A DNA stretch of 64,000 bases from the NCBI GenBank assembly GCA_045805285.1, contig JBJMLN010000038.1, positions 13,232-77,231 of the forward strand, in the 5' to 3' direction. The notes below the pieces were generated by a model. The model saw nothing but the letters and a program-made list of their open reading frames with translations, was not told the DNA's origin and ran no database searches. Both the position numbers and the translations under genes were made by a program. Position 1 is the first letter of the stretch, and each line of letters begins with the position of its first letter. Below are positions 19,128 through 28,379 of the stretch, in pieces. This DNA comes from Actinomycetota bacterium. GTDB lineage: Bacteria; Actinomycetota; UBA4738; JBJMLN01.

Positions 19128-20753
19128 GTGCGAGAGCGGCTTCGGGTCTTCCTCGCGGTCTTCCGGGATCCGAACCTGCTCCGGATCGAGGGCGCCTTCG
19201 TCGGCTTCAACACGGCGGAGTTCTCCACCTGGATCGCGATCCTGGTGTTCGCGTACGCGCGCGGAGGAGCCACCGCCGCCGCGCTCGTCGCCCTCATCCA
19301 GCTCCTTCCGGGGGCGATCATCGCGCCCGTCGCCTCGTATGCCGCAGACCGGTTCCGGAAAGACCGGGTACTGCTCGCCGACTACCTCCTCCAATCCGTT
19401 GCGTTCGGTGCGGTCGCTGCGGCCATGTACACCGACGCCCCCGTGCCGGTCGTCTACGGCCTCGCCGCGGTGGCGACGTGCACCGTCACGTTCACGCGGC
19501 CGGTGCAATCGGCGCTCCTGCCCGCGATCACGCGCACGCCGGAGGACCTCACGGCCGCGAACGTCGCTTCCGGCATCATCGAGAGCGTCGGGATCCTCCT
19601 CGGTCCGTTCGTTGCCGGGATCCTGCTCGAGATCTCCGAGCCAGCGACCGTCTTCGCCGTGATGGCGTGCGTCTGCCTGCTCGGAGCGGCGGTCGTCGCG
19701 GGTGTCCGAACGGAAGGCGATCTCGCGGCTCCGCACGCTCGCGAGGGACGGATGCTTCGCGAGATGTCGGCTGGCTTCCGGATCCTTCATCACGACCGAG
19801 ACCAGCGCCTGCTGGTCGCGATCACCTCGGCGGAGCTCATCGTGATCGGTGCCCTGGACGTGCTCATCGTTGCGACGGCCTTCTCGCTCCTCGGCTCCGG
19901 AGCGGGCGGCGCCGGTTTCCTGAACGCGGCCTTCGGCGCGGGTGCCGTCCTCGGCGCGGCGGCGACGGTGACACTCGTCGGACGGCGTCGGCTCACGCCC
20001 TCCCTTGCAACAGGCGCCGCGATCCTCGGCACTCCACTCATCGTCGTGGGCGCTGCAGCGAGCCCCGTCGCGGTGGCGCTCCTCCTCGGGCTCGGCGGCG
20101 CCGGTCGGAGCTTGAGCGACGTGTCCGCACGGACACTGCTCCAGCGGATCGCCCCGGAGGACGCGCTGGCACGCGTGTTCGGCGTCCTGGAGGGCATCGG
20201 CATGCTCGCGTTGGCGATCGGCTCCGTCGGCGCCGCGGCGCTCGTATCGGCGTTCGGCATCCGAACCGCGTTGATCGTGACGGGCGCGTTCGTTCCCGTG
20301 ATCGTCCTGCTGTCGCTCGGGCGGTTGCTGTCGATCGATCGGCACGCGCACGCCCCCGACCCGGAGATCCTCTCGCTCCTACGACGGCTGCCGATCTTCG
20401 CACCGCTTCCCGCTCCCACGATCGAGCGGGTGTTCGTGAACCTCTCGCCGGTGGCGGCATCCGCGGGCGACGTCGTGATCCGAGAGGGCGACACCGGCGA
20501 TCGGTTCTACGTGATCCGGAACGGAGCGGCCGACGTCTCCGCGAAGGGCGAGCTCGTCGGCCACCTCTCGAGCGGAGAGTCGTTCGGGGAGATCGCACTG
20601 CTGCGCGACGTTCCGCGGACGGCGACGGTGGTCGCCGCGACCGACATGGATCTCCTGGCCCTGGAGCGCGCTCCGTTCCTCGAAGCCGTCACCGGGCACC
20701 CGCAGAGCGTCGCGGCCGCCGACGACGTCGTGCGAGCCCGAACGAACCGCTAA
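19128..20753 (+). CDS. MFS transporter fused to a C-terminal cyclic-nucleotide-binding (CAP-type) domain
   Basis: ~12 TM MFS core. C-terminal [19 protein letters not shown] ... [10 protein letters not shown] ... RTATVVA cNMP-binding motifs. Confidence 0.75.
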   Translation: MRERLRVFLAVFRDPNLLRIEGAFVGFNTAEFSTWIAILVFAYARGGATAAALVALIQLLPGAIIAPVASYAADRFRKDRVLLADYLLQSVAFGAVAAAMYTDAPVPVVYGLAAVATCTVTFTRPVQSALLPAITRTPEDLTAANVASGIIESVGILLGPFVAGILLEISEPATVFAVMACVCLLGAAVVAGVRTEGDLAAPHAREGRMLREMSAGFRILHHDRDQRLLVAITSAELIVIGALDVLIVATAFSLLGSGAGGAGFLNAAFGAGAVLGAAATVTLVGRRRLTPSLATGAAILGTPLIVVGAAASPVAVALLLGLGGAGRSLSDVSARTLLQRIAPEDALARVFGVLEGIGMLALAIGSVGAAALVSAFGIRTALIVTGAFVPVIVLLSLGRLLSIDRHAHAPDPEILSLLRRLPIFAPLPAPTIERVFVNLSPVAASAGDVVIREGDTGDRFYVIRNGAADVSAKGELVGHLSSGESFGEIALLRDVPRTATVVAATDMDLLALERAPFLEAVTGHPQSVAAADDVVRARTNR

Positions 20754-21535
20754 CCCGCGAGGCGCTCGACCTCTCGGCGCTGCTCCTCGTCGAACCACGG
20801 CGGTGAGCCCGCGTGGAGGTTCGCCTCCGCGTGGTCAGGCTTCGACGTCGCCGGGATCGCCACCGTGATCCGCGGATCCGAGAGGCACCACTTGAGGAGC
20901 GCCTCCGGCCACGTCGCGACGCCGAGATGCGAGACGTCGGGCGAGCGTCGCGTGAGCGACCCGGAGCCGAGCGGCCGCATCGCGATCACGCCGAGGCCAA
21001 GCTCCTCCGCGAGCGGGAGGATCCTGTCTTCGCACTTCCGCTCGTGCGGGTTGTACGGCACCTGCACGCAGGAGATCCTCCCCGATTGCATCACGCGCTG
21101 CAGCTCGTCGAACGCTCCCGCGGCGTAATGCGTCGCGCCGAGGAGACCGATCCGGCCGGCGTCACGCTCCCGCTCCATCCAGTCGAGGTGCTCCGAGGTC
21201 GAGACGAGGTTGTGGACCTGTTCGACATCGACGCGGCCGCCGTAGAAGCCGAGCTGGCGCTCGAACTGCGCGCGGCCCTCCTCCACCGACGGCGTCCAGA
21301 TCTTCGTCGCGACGAGCGCGTCGTCACGTCGCTCGCCGAGGGCTCGCCCCAGCACCTCCTCCGAGCGCCCGTACATCGGCGAGGAGTCGAAGACCCGACC
21401 GCCGCCGGCGAAGACCGTCTCCACGACGGCCTTCGCCTGGGGCTCAGCTCCGGACCCGACGTCGAACACCTGCCACGTTCCCAGGCCGACGACCGGGACC
21501 CCGGGGCCGTCCTTGCCGAGCGCTCGCGTCTCCAT
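20750..21535 (-). CDS. Aldo/keto reductase
   Basis: GLGTWQ ... [16 protein letters not shown] motifs. Convergent 4-nt overlap with the MFS stop. Confidence 0.8.
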   Translation of the reverse strand: METRALGKDGPGVPVVGLGTWQVFDVGSGAEPQAKAVVETVFAGGGRVFDSSPMYGRSEEVLGRALGERRDDALVATKIWTPSVEEGRAQFERQLGFYGGRVDVEQVHNLVSTSEHLDWMERERDAGRIGLLGATHYAAGAFDELQRVMQSGRISCVQVPYNPHERKCEDRILPLAEELGLGVIAMRPLGSGSLTRRSPDVSHLGVATWPEALLKWCLSDPRITVAIPATSKPDHAEANLHAGSPPWFDEEQRREVERLAG

Positions 21536-21575
21536 AGCGAGGCATCTCTACCCCGTCCGGCCCGGTTCGCTCTCC

Positions 21576-22511
21576 TCAGGGCGCGGGGACGGTCTGCCAC
21601 GCCGGGTCGTGGCCGCTCACCAGGAGCGTCGCGGGCGCGCAATCGCACGTCTGGACGAGGTAAATCCTCGGACTCGACAGACGGGAGTCGTCGTTGTTGA
21701 ACGCGACCGACGTCCCGTCCGGCGAGTACACGGGATCGGTGTTGACGTTGCAGGCTCCGCCGGACGAACACGTGTGGTTCTGGCTCGACCAGTACGAGTA
21801 ACCACTCGCGTCGCCGTAGTAGAGGCCCGCGCTCGTTCCGTCCGAGTACGTCGCGGAGAAGACGACACGCGTTCCGTCCGGCGCCCAATCGGGCCCGTGG
21901 GCGGATTCGTCCCCCCCGTCGAGCGTGATCTCCTGCTGCTCGTGCGTGCCGTCGGGCCGCATCGTCCAGACGGTCTGCTTCGCGTCATCGGGGCAGCAGC
22001 GACTGAACGCGATGAGATCGTTCGAGCCCCACGAAGGGTCCGCGTCGCGGACGCCGTTCGGGCTGATCTTGACCTGATCCTCTCCGTTCGCGCGCATCCT
22101 CCAGATGCCGCCGGAGCTCACGAAGGCGATGCGAACGCCGTTCGGTCCCCACGCCGGCGCGGTCTGGTTCCGCGAGCTGGTCGAGATGTTCACGGGCGCA
22201 GCTCCGTGCGCCACGTCGATGACGTAGATCTGATGAACGCCGTGCGGACAGCATCGGACGAACGCCAGGCGCGTTCCGTCCGGCGACCAGGCGGGCTGGG
22301 AGTCCGAGGACGTTCCGAAGGTGAGCTGCTGCTCTCCGGTCCCGTCGGCGTTGATCGTGAAGATGTGGCCGCTCCCGTGCCGGTTCCGTGCGAACGCGAT
22401 GACGCCGTTCGTTCCCGGGAACGAGGCGCTCGCGACCCCTCCCAGAACCGGAACCACCGCCATCACGACCAACGAGATCGCGATCGCCGCTGCCCTTCGT
22501 TTGCTCCGCAT
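21576..22511 (-). CDS. Secreted TolB-like PD40 beta-propeller protein (paralog family A, copy 1)
   Basis: Signal peptide. FPGTNGVIAFARNRHG..AWSPDGTRLAF..RCCP repeats. Paralogous to 58070..59008. Confidence 0.7.
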   Translation of the reverse strand: MRSKRRAAAIAISLVVMAVVPVLGGVASASFPGTNGVIAFARNRHGSGHIFTINADGTGEQQLTFGTSSDSQPAWSPDGTRLAFVRCCPHGVHQIYVIDVAHGAAPVNISTSSRNQTAPAWGPNGVRIAFVSSGGIWRMRANGEDQVKISPNGVRDADPSWGSNDLIAFSRCCPDDAKQTVWTMRPDGTHEQQEITLDGGDESAHGPDWAPDGTRVVFSATYSDGTSAGLYYGDASGYSYWSSQNHTCSSGGACNVNTDPVYSPDGTSVAFNNDDSRLSSPRIYLVQTCDCAPATLLVSGHDPAWQTVPAP

Positions 22512-22656
22512 CGCTCTCCTCCTTGCATTCGAGGTAGCGACGACGATAGGAACGCGGCGTTGCGTCCGAAAGGTGGGCAGTTCTCATCTTCGTCCGGGTC
22601 GTCCCACGCGGGAGCTGGGTACCTCGAACGTCGCGACCGGGTGAAACGGGAAGGCG

Positions 22657-23481
22657 CTACCGACGCTCGCAGTTGCGGCGATTGCCCTCCACGTGCGTGC
22701 AGGAGTCCTTCCCCTGGCCTCCGTTGCCGTGGTCGTTGCCCGGACCGCCGTCCAGATGATCGTTCCCGATGTTGCCGAAGAGGCGGTCGTTGCCCCCGCC
22801 GGCGAGGAGATGGTCGTCGCCTCGCGCGCCCACGAGACGGTCGTTCCCGCCTCTACCTCGGAGCAGATCGGCTCCTCCGCCTCCCACGAACGTGTCCGCT
22901 CCGCGGGTGCCGACCAGGGTGTCGTCGGCGTGTCCGGACCCGTTCACCCGCTCGATCCGTGCGAGCGAGTCGCTCCCCCACCCCGTCGCCTTTCCCTTCT
23001 TGAGGTCGAGGTGGATCGCGGGAGCGTCCACGTAGCTCACCGAGTCGTGGGAGCCGCCGCCGTCGAGGTCGTCGTTGCCCGGGCTCCCGAGCAGATGGTC
23101 CTTGCCGAGACCACCCATCTGACGGTCATCCCCGTCGGCTCCGATGAGCCAGTCGTTGCCGCGGCCCCCGGAAAGCTTGTCGTCATCCCCCTGTCCGTCG
23201 AGCACGTCGATCCCGGAACCGCCGGAGATGACATCCGTCCCGAGGCCCGCACAGACGATGTCGTTGCCTCCCCCGGCGAGGACGCGGTCCGCTCCGCCGA
23301 ACGCGACGATGACGTCGCGGCGCGGACGTCCCTGCAACCGGTCCCGTCCACCCGTGCCGACGATGGTCGCCCGGTGACCGTGGCACGAGGGCGCCGCCTG
23401 CGCGACCGGCAACGGAGGCGCGAGCGCAACAACGATCGAGACGGCGGCGAGCACCGGCGTGCGGAATCGAAGCGGCTTCAT
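22657..23481 (-). CDS. Secreted RTX-like Ca-binding beta-roll repeat protein (paralog family B, copy 1)
   Basis: Signal peptide MKPLRFRTPVLAAV. Many GGxGxDxL/GNDxL nonapeptides. Conserved N-terminal Cys and C-terminal C...NCER pair. Confidence 0.75.
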   Translation of the reverse strand: MKPLRFRTPVLAAVSIVVALAPPLPVAQAAPSCHGHRATIVGTGGRDRLQGRPRRDVIVAFGGADRVLAGGGNDIVCAGLGTDVISGGSGIDVLDGQGDDDKLSGGRGNDWLIGADGDDRQMGGLGKDHLLGSPGNDDLDGGGSHDSVSYVDAPAIHLDLKKGKATGWGSDSLARIERVNGSGHADDTLVGTRGADTFVGGGGADLLRGRGGNDRLVGARGDDHLLAGGGNDRLFGNIGNDHLDGGPGNDHGNGGQGKDSCTHVEGNRRNCERR

Positions 23482-23656
23482 GCGAGTCCCCTCTCCTCGA
23501 CGAGCCATGCGGTGATCGTCCGTCGGCAGGACGATATGCCACCTATGTAGCAGTTGCTACCGACACCCCACGGAAAATCACCGCTTTACGCGCGATGCCC
23601 TACCGCACAGATGACGTCACAACGCGCGGATGGTTCCCCGCGCCGTGATCCTGCGG

Positions 23657-25069
23657 TCAAGCGGTGGCGGCGCGCTCACGCTGCGCGATCGAGACTCGAA
23701 ACGTCGTTCCGCCTCCGGGCGTGTCCTCGATCGAGACGGAGCCACCGTGCGCGGCGACGATCGCGGAAACGATCGAGAGCCCGAGCCCTGCGCCTCCGCT
23801 CCGACGAGTCCGTCCCGGATCGGCGCGATAGAACGGCTCGAAGACGTGCGCCCGTTGCTCGTCCGGGAGGCCCGCACCGTGATCCGCGACCTCGAGCAAT
23901 GCAGAACCGTCCTCGGAGCGGACCGAGACCTCGACACTGCCGTCGGTGTACTCCAGCGCGTTGGAGAGAAGATTCGCGACCACCTCGCGGAGACGCGCCT
24001 CGTCTCCGGCAACGTCGAGCCGGCCGGGAGCATCAAGCGAGATCTCCCGTCCGCCGTGGACCGCTCGCGCGTCCGTGACGGCGTCCGATGCGATCGCCGC
24101 CAGGTCGACGGAGCCCGTTTCGAGCGGCCGCCCCTGATCGAGGCGCGCCAGCAGCAGGAGTTCGTCGACCATCAGCCCCATGCGAGCCGCTTCCTCCTCG
24201 ATCCTGCGCATGGAGGTCGCGAGGTCGTCCGGGCGCGCCTCGGCTCCGCGGCGGAACAGCTCCGCATAGCCGCGGATCGAGGTCAGAGGCGTCCGCAGCT
24301 CGTGCGACGCGTCGGCGAGGAAGCGCCGCAGCCGGCTCTCCGATGCCCGGCGCTCCTCGAAAGCCCGCTCGATCTGTACGAGCATCGCGTTCAAGGAGAC
24401 GCCGAGCCGGCCGACCTCCGTGCGCGGGTCCACGACGTCGACGCGGCGGGAGAGATCTCCGGCCGCGATGGCGCCCGCCGTCTCCTCGATCCGCTCCAGC
24501 GGGCGGAGCTCACGGCGCACCGTCCAGAGCGACAGCGCCGCGAGGCCGAGGAGGACGCCAACCGCGACCAGGATCTCGATGGCGAGCAGGCGGTTCAGCA
24601 CCTGTCCGACCTCCGTGAGCGGAATGCCGACCACGAGCACCGCGCCGTTCGCCGGGATCAACTGGGCGAGGACGCGGTAGTGGAACGACGCGTCGCCCTG
24701 CGCACCGGCGGTGAAGATGTGCCCCTCGGGCGTCGCGACGAGCGGACTTGGAAGCGCCGGAGCCGGCGCGTGCGGCTGGCCGACGGGATTGAGCGGCCAA
24801 ACCGGCGAGGCGAGGACCCGCCCGTCGCGGAACGCCTCTCCGACCGTTCCCGTCGGCAGGAGCTGATCCTCTCCGTCGCCCGACGGCCCCCCGGGCTGAG
24901 GCATACCACCCAACGCGTGCACCACCGGCTCGCGCGCGGCGTACAGCTGCGCGTCGACGCGATCGAGCAGGAACGAGCGGAGCAGCAGATACGTCGCCAC
25001 GCCGGCGATCAGGAGCCCGACGAGCACGAAGCCGGAGATCGCGAGCGTCAGCCGCAGCCGCATCGACAC
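23657..25069 (-). CDS. Sensor histidine kinase (2 TM, HAMP, HisKA, HATPase_c)
   Basis: HELRTPLTSIRGYAELF H-box. GAGLGLSIVSAIVAAHGG G-box. Confidence 0.85.
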   Translation of the reverse strand: MSMRLRLTLAISGFVLVGLLIAGVATYLLLRSFLLDRVDAQLYAAREPVVHALGGMPQPGGPSGDGEDQLLPTGTVGEAFRDGRVLASPVWPLNPVGQPHAPAPALPSPLVATPEGHIFTAGAQGDASFHYRVLAQLIPANGAVLVVGIPLTEVGQVLNRLLAIEILVAVGVLLGLAALSLWTVRRELRPLERIEETAGAIAAGDLSRRVDVVDPRTEVGRLGVSLNAMLVQIERAFEERRASESRLRRFLADASHELRTPLTSIRGYAELFRRGAEARPDDLATSMRRIEEEAARMGLMVDELLLLARLDQGRPLETGSVDLAAIASDAVTDARAVHGGREISLDAPGRLDVAGDEARLREVVANLLSNALEYTDGSVEVSVRSEDGSALLEVADHGAGLPDEQRAHVFEPFYRADPGRTRRSGGAGLGLSIVSAIVAAHGGSVSIEDTPGGGTTFRVSIAQRERAATA

Positions 25070-25072
25070 GGC

Positions 25073-25765
25073 TCAGTGCTCCGGAGCGCGGAGCGAATAG
25101 CCGACGCCGCGAACCGTGGAGATCAGCGGCGGTCCCAGCGGATCCAGCTTGCGGCGGAGGTAGCTGATGTAGGTCTCCACGACGTTGCCGTCGCCGCCGA
25201 AGTCGTAGTTCCACACGTGGTCGAGGATCTGCGCCTTGGAGACGACCTTGCCTCCGTTCATCAGCAGGTAGCGGAGCAGCTTGTACTCCGTCGCCGTGAG
25301 CTCGACACGCGTGCCGGCGCGTCGGACCTCGTGCGCGTCGTCGTTCATCTCCAGGTCCTCGAACGAAAGACGCGTCGTCTCCTCGAGGTCTCCGGCGCGG
25401 CGGAGGATCGCGCGAACGCGCGCGACGAGCTCCTCGAGGCTGAACGGCTTCGTCAGGTAGTCGTCGCCTCCGAGCGTGAGCCCGCGCACCTTGTCCTCCG
25501 TCGTGTCGCGCGCGGTGAGGAACAGGATCGGGACCTTCTCTCCGCGGCTCGTGAGGCGCTTGGCGATCTCGAAGCCATCGAGGTCGGGCAGCATCACGTC
25601 GAGGATCAAGAGATGCGGGCGGCGTTCGGTCACGGTGCGAAGCGCCTGCCGGCCGTTGTTCGCGACCTGCACGTCGAACCCCTCGTAGCGCAGCGCCATG
25701 CCGAGGAGGTCCGTGATGCTCTCCTCGTCGTCGACCGCGAGGATCCGTAAGGCGTCGCCGGTCAT
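25073..25765 (-). CDS. OmpR-family response regulator
   Basis: RILAVDDEESITDLL receiver, winged-helix C-terminus (VETYISYLRRKLD). Start taken at MTGDAL; the ORF is open to 25825. Confidence 0.8.
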   Translation of the reverse strand: MTGDALRILAVDDEESITDLLGMALRYEGFDVQVANNGRQALRTVTERRPHLLILDVMLPDLDGFEIAKRLTSRGEKVPILFLTARDTTEDKVRGLTLGGDDYLTKPFSLEELVARVRAILRRAGDLEETTRLSFEDLEMNDDAHEVRRAGTRVELTATEYKLLRYLLMNGGKVVSKAQILDHVWNYDFGGDGNVVETYISYLRRKLDPLGPPLISTVRGVGYSLRAPEH

Positions 25766-25890
25766 CTCCCGCACGATAGGCGTTTTCGCTGTGAGTTCCC
25801 TGTGACGCATTCCCAGGCGAGCCACAGGGCCGGCCCAGCAGTGCTCCAGCCGGGCGGCGGAGCATCTCTTCCGGAAAGGAGGTGACCGCC

Positions 25891-26130
25891 ATGACGAAGC
25901 TCGGACGTACCGCGGTTGCGAGCATCCTGGCCGCGGGAGCGCTCACGGTCGGAGGCGTCGGGATCTCGAACGCGCTCGCGGCGAACTCCCCGGGAACGTC
26001 GCAACAGCAGGGCTCTTCCGGCTCTTCCGGCTCCGGATCGAGCTCCACGACCCATCACTGCCCGAACGACGGTTCGGGCAGCTCCAGCAGCTCCGGATCG
26101 TCGTCGACCACGACGTCGATCTCGGTCTAG
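25891..26130 (+). CDS. Small secreted Ser/Gly-rich protein (79 aa)
   Basis: Strong SD AAAGGAGGTGA immediately upstream of the ATG at 25891. Signal peptide, then GSSGSSGSGSSSTTHHCPNDGSGSSSSSGSSSTTT low complexity. Confidence 0.5.
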   Translation: MTKLGRTAVASILAAGALTVGGVGISNALAANSPGTSQQQGSSGSSGSGSSSTTHHCPNDGSGSSSSSGSSSTTTSISV

Positions 26131-26162
26131 AAACCGGATCCGACACACCCTCCGGAAGAGAC

Positions 26163-26198
26163 GGCGCGGGAGACGATCCCGCGCCCTCTCTCTTCGTT
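26163..26198. terminator. Putative bidirectional intrinsic terminator between convergent genes
   Basis: GGCGCGGGA-gacga-TCCCGCGCC, a perfect 9-bp stem, followed by CTCTCTCTTCGTT. Confidence 0.5.
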
Positions 26199-26488
26199 CA
26201 GGGCTTCGGTATCCACGCGCCGACGGCAGTGCGAAACGGACGCACGTCGACGCGCTCCCACACATGGCCCGTCATGTAGGGGTCGGTGCTCAGCCACTCG
26301 TCGAGCGCCTCGCGCGTCTCGAAGTCCATCAGCAGAACAGAGCCGATCATGCCTCCGTCGTCGTCGAGGATCGCGCCGCCGACGAGGGCTTCCCCGGCGT
26401 CGACGCGCGGCCGGATGCGCTCGAGATGTGCTGCCCGCGCCTCGAGCCTTCGATCGCGCGCTCCGTCGTCGGTTCCGTCCCAGGCCAT
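26198..26488 (-). CDS. YciI-like family protein
   Basis: ~96 aa. LLMDFETREALDEWLSTDPY pattern of YCII-related dimeric alpha/beta barrel proteins. Confidence 0.55.
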   Translation of the reverse strand: MAWDGTDDGARDRRLEARAAHLERIRPRVDAGEALVGGAILDDDGGMIGSVLLMDFETREALDEWLSTDPYMTGHVWERVDVRPFRTAVGAWIPKP

Positions 26489-26579
26489 CACGACGTACTG
26501 CTATGCGTCCTCCTCCGATGGGGTCGGGCAAGCGTAGCGCCGTCGCGGTCGTCGCTCCGATGCCGTAGGTTCGACGCCG

Positions 26580-27623
26580 GTGGACGAGCGGCTGGTCGAT
26601 CCGGCAGCGGTATTCGCTGCTGCCGCGCCGCACGTGGACGTCGTGACGGCGGACCACATCGCGCGTCACTCCTTCGGCGTCGACGGCGTATTCACGCCGC
26701 TCGAGAGCGAACGCGACCGGAACTTCCGCATCGAGGCGCCCGACGAGGCGGAGTTCCTGCTCAAGATCCACAACGGCGCCGAAGACGAGGGATTCATCGA
26801 GATGCAGGAGCTCGCGCTCGAGCACGTGCGCGCGGTGGATCCGTCACTACCGATCCCGGCGCCGATCCCGACGCGTGACGGAGCGCCCCACGCGACATGG
26901 GCGGACGCCACCGGAGCCGAGCACGTCGTCCGCCTCCTCACGTATCTCGAGGGAACGAAGGTGGACTCCGCCGACTTCTCTCTCGACGCGATCCGTCGCT
27001 ACGCCGGCGTCGTCGCCCGGATGGGGATCGCGCTGCGGAGCTTCTCCCATCCGGCCGCACGTCATCCGATGGTGTGGGACGACCTGCAGGTCGCCGCGGT
27101 GCGGCCGCTGCTCGGCTTCGTGAAGGATCCGAAAGGCCGCGCGCAGGTCGACCGCTGGCTCACGCGCGCGGAGACCCACACAGTGCCGGTCATGGAGACC
27201 CTCCGCGCCCAAGTGATCCACAACGACCTCACGCGCGACAACGTGCTCTTCGACGGGCGGCAGGACGTTTCCGCGATCCTCGACTTCGGCGACATGGTGG
27301 AGACGGCGTTCGTCTGCGACCTCGCGAACATGCTCGCGTCGCTCCTCGGCGAGCGGCCGGACTTCCTCGCGGTGGCGGAGGCGGCGATCCCCGGCTACGT
27401 GGCCGTCGCTCCGCTCGAGGACGAGGAGCTCGCGATCCTCCCCGACGTGATCGCGGCGCGCGCGGTCGCCGACATCGTCGTCTCGGAGTGGCGAACGGTT
27501 CTCCACCCCGAGAACGCGGAGTACATCACCCACTGGGAGGCGGGCAGCTGGGTGATCCTCGAGACGCTCGATGTGGTCGGTGTCGACGAGCTCGCGGAAC
27601 GGTTCCGGGCGATCGCGCCCTAG
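26580..27623 (+). CDS. Phosphotransferase (APH / homoserine-kinase type II family)
   Basis: Brenner motif VIHNDLTRDNVLF and DFGD. GTG start. Confidence 0.7.
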   Translation: MDERLVDPAAVFAAAAPHVDVVTADHIARHSFGVDGVFTPLESERDRNFRIEAPDEAEFLLKIHNGAEDEGFIEMQELALEHVRAVDPSLPIPAPIPTRDGAPHATWADATGAEHVVRLLTYLEGTKVDSADFSLDAIRRYAGVVARMGIALRSFSHPAARHPMVWDDLQVAAVRPLLGFVKDPKGRAQVDRWLTRAETHTVPVMETLRAQVIHNDLTRDNVLFDGRQDVSAILDFGDMVETAFVCDLANMLASLLGERPDFLAVAEAAIPGYVAVAPLEDEELAILPDVIAARAVADIVVSEWRTVLHPENAEYITHWEAGSWVILETLDVVGVDELAERFRAIAP

Positions 27624-27627
27624 CCGC

Positions 27628-28233
27628 TCAGGACCCTGCATACTCCGGCCGCCCGGTGGGCCGGTACACGTGGATCGCCACGCCCTTCGGGGTCGTCCGC
27701 GACTCCACGAGGTCAAGCGCCGCGTCCGGGCCGGCGTCGGGGAACAGCCGCGTCCCCTGGCCGATGACCACGGGATAGATCAGCAGAGTGAGCTCGTCGA
27801 CGAGCTGCTGGTCGAATAGCCAGCGGACGAGGTTGCCGCTCCCGTGCACCTGCAGCTCCCCTCCGGGCTTGGCTTTCAGCTCGCCGACGGCGGCCGCGAC
27901 GTCTCCGGAGAGGACGCTCGTGTCTCTCCACTGCGGGTCGGTGAGCGTCGTCGATGCCACGTACTTCGGGCGCGTGTTCAACGCCGATGCGATGGGATTG
28001 TCGGAGTCCTCCATCACTCCCCAGTAGCCGGCGAAGATCTCGTACGTCCGCCTGCCGAACAGGAATGCTTCCGCGCGTTGGAACACCTCGCCGATGTACG
28101 CCCCACCCTCGTCGTCGAGGAGCGGCAGCGCCCATCCGCCGCGCTCGAATCCGCCGCTGCGGTCCTCGTCCCGGCCGCCGAGCCCCTGCATCACGCCGTC
28201 GACGGAGACGTGCGTAACCGTCGTCAGTTTCAT
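27628..28233 (-). CDS. Dihydrofolate reductase family protein (RibD C-terminal domain)
   Basis: VSVDGVMQG ... GRRTYE ... LQVHGSGNLVRWL pattern. Confidence 0.65.
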   Translation of the reverse strand: MKLTTVTHVSVDGVMQGLGGRDEDRSGGFERGGWALPLLDDEGGAYIGEVFQRAEAFLFGRRTYEIFAGYWGVMEDSDNPIASALNTRPKYVASTTLTDPQWRDTSVLSGDVAAAVGELKAKPGGELQVHGSGNLVRWLFDQQLVDELTLLIYPVVIGQGTRLFPDAGPDAALDLVESRTTPKGVAIHVYRPTGRPEYAGS

Positions 28234-28379
28234 GGATCGTCCTTTCTCATGTGCAGCCCTTCTCGCTTATCACTCACAAGCACGGTGCCATCGCTGACCT
28301 CGCGGGCTCGGACGTTCCGGCGGGCTACTATTTCGCACACCATCGGGAAGCGGCACCTCGTGGCCGCCTGGAGCAAGCG

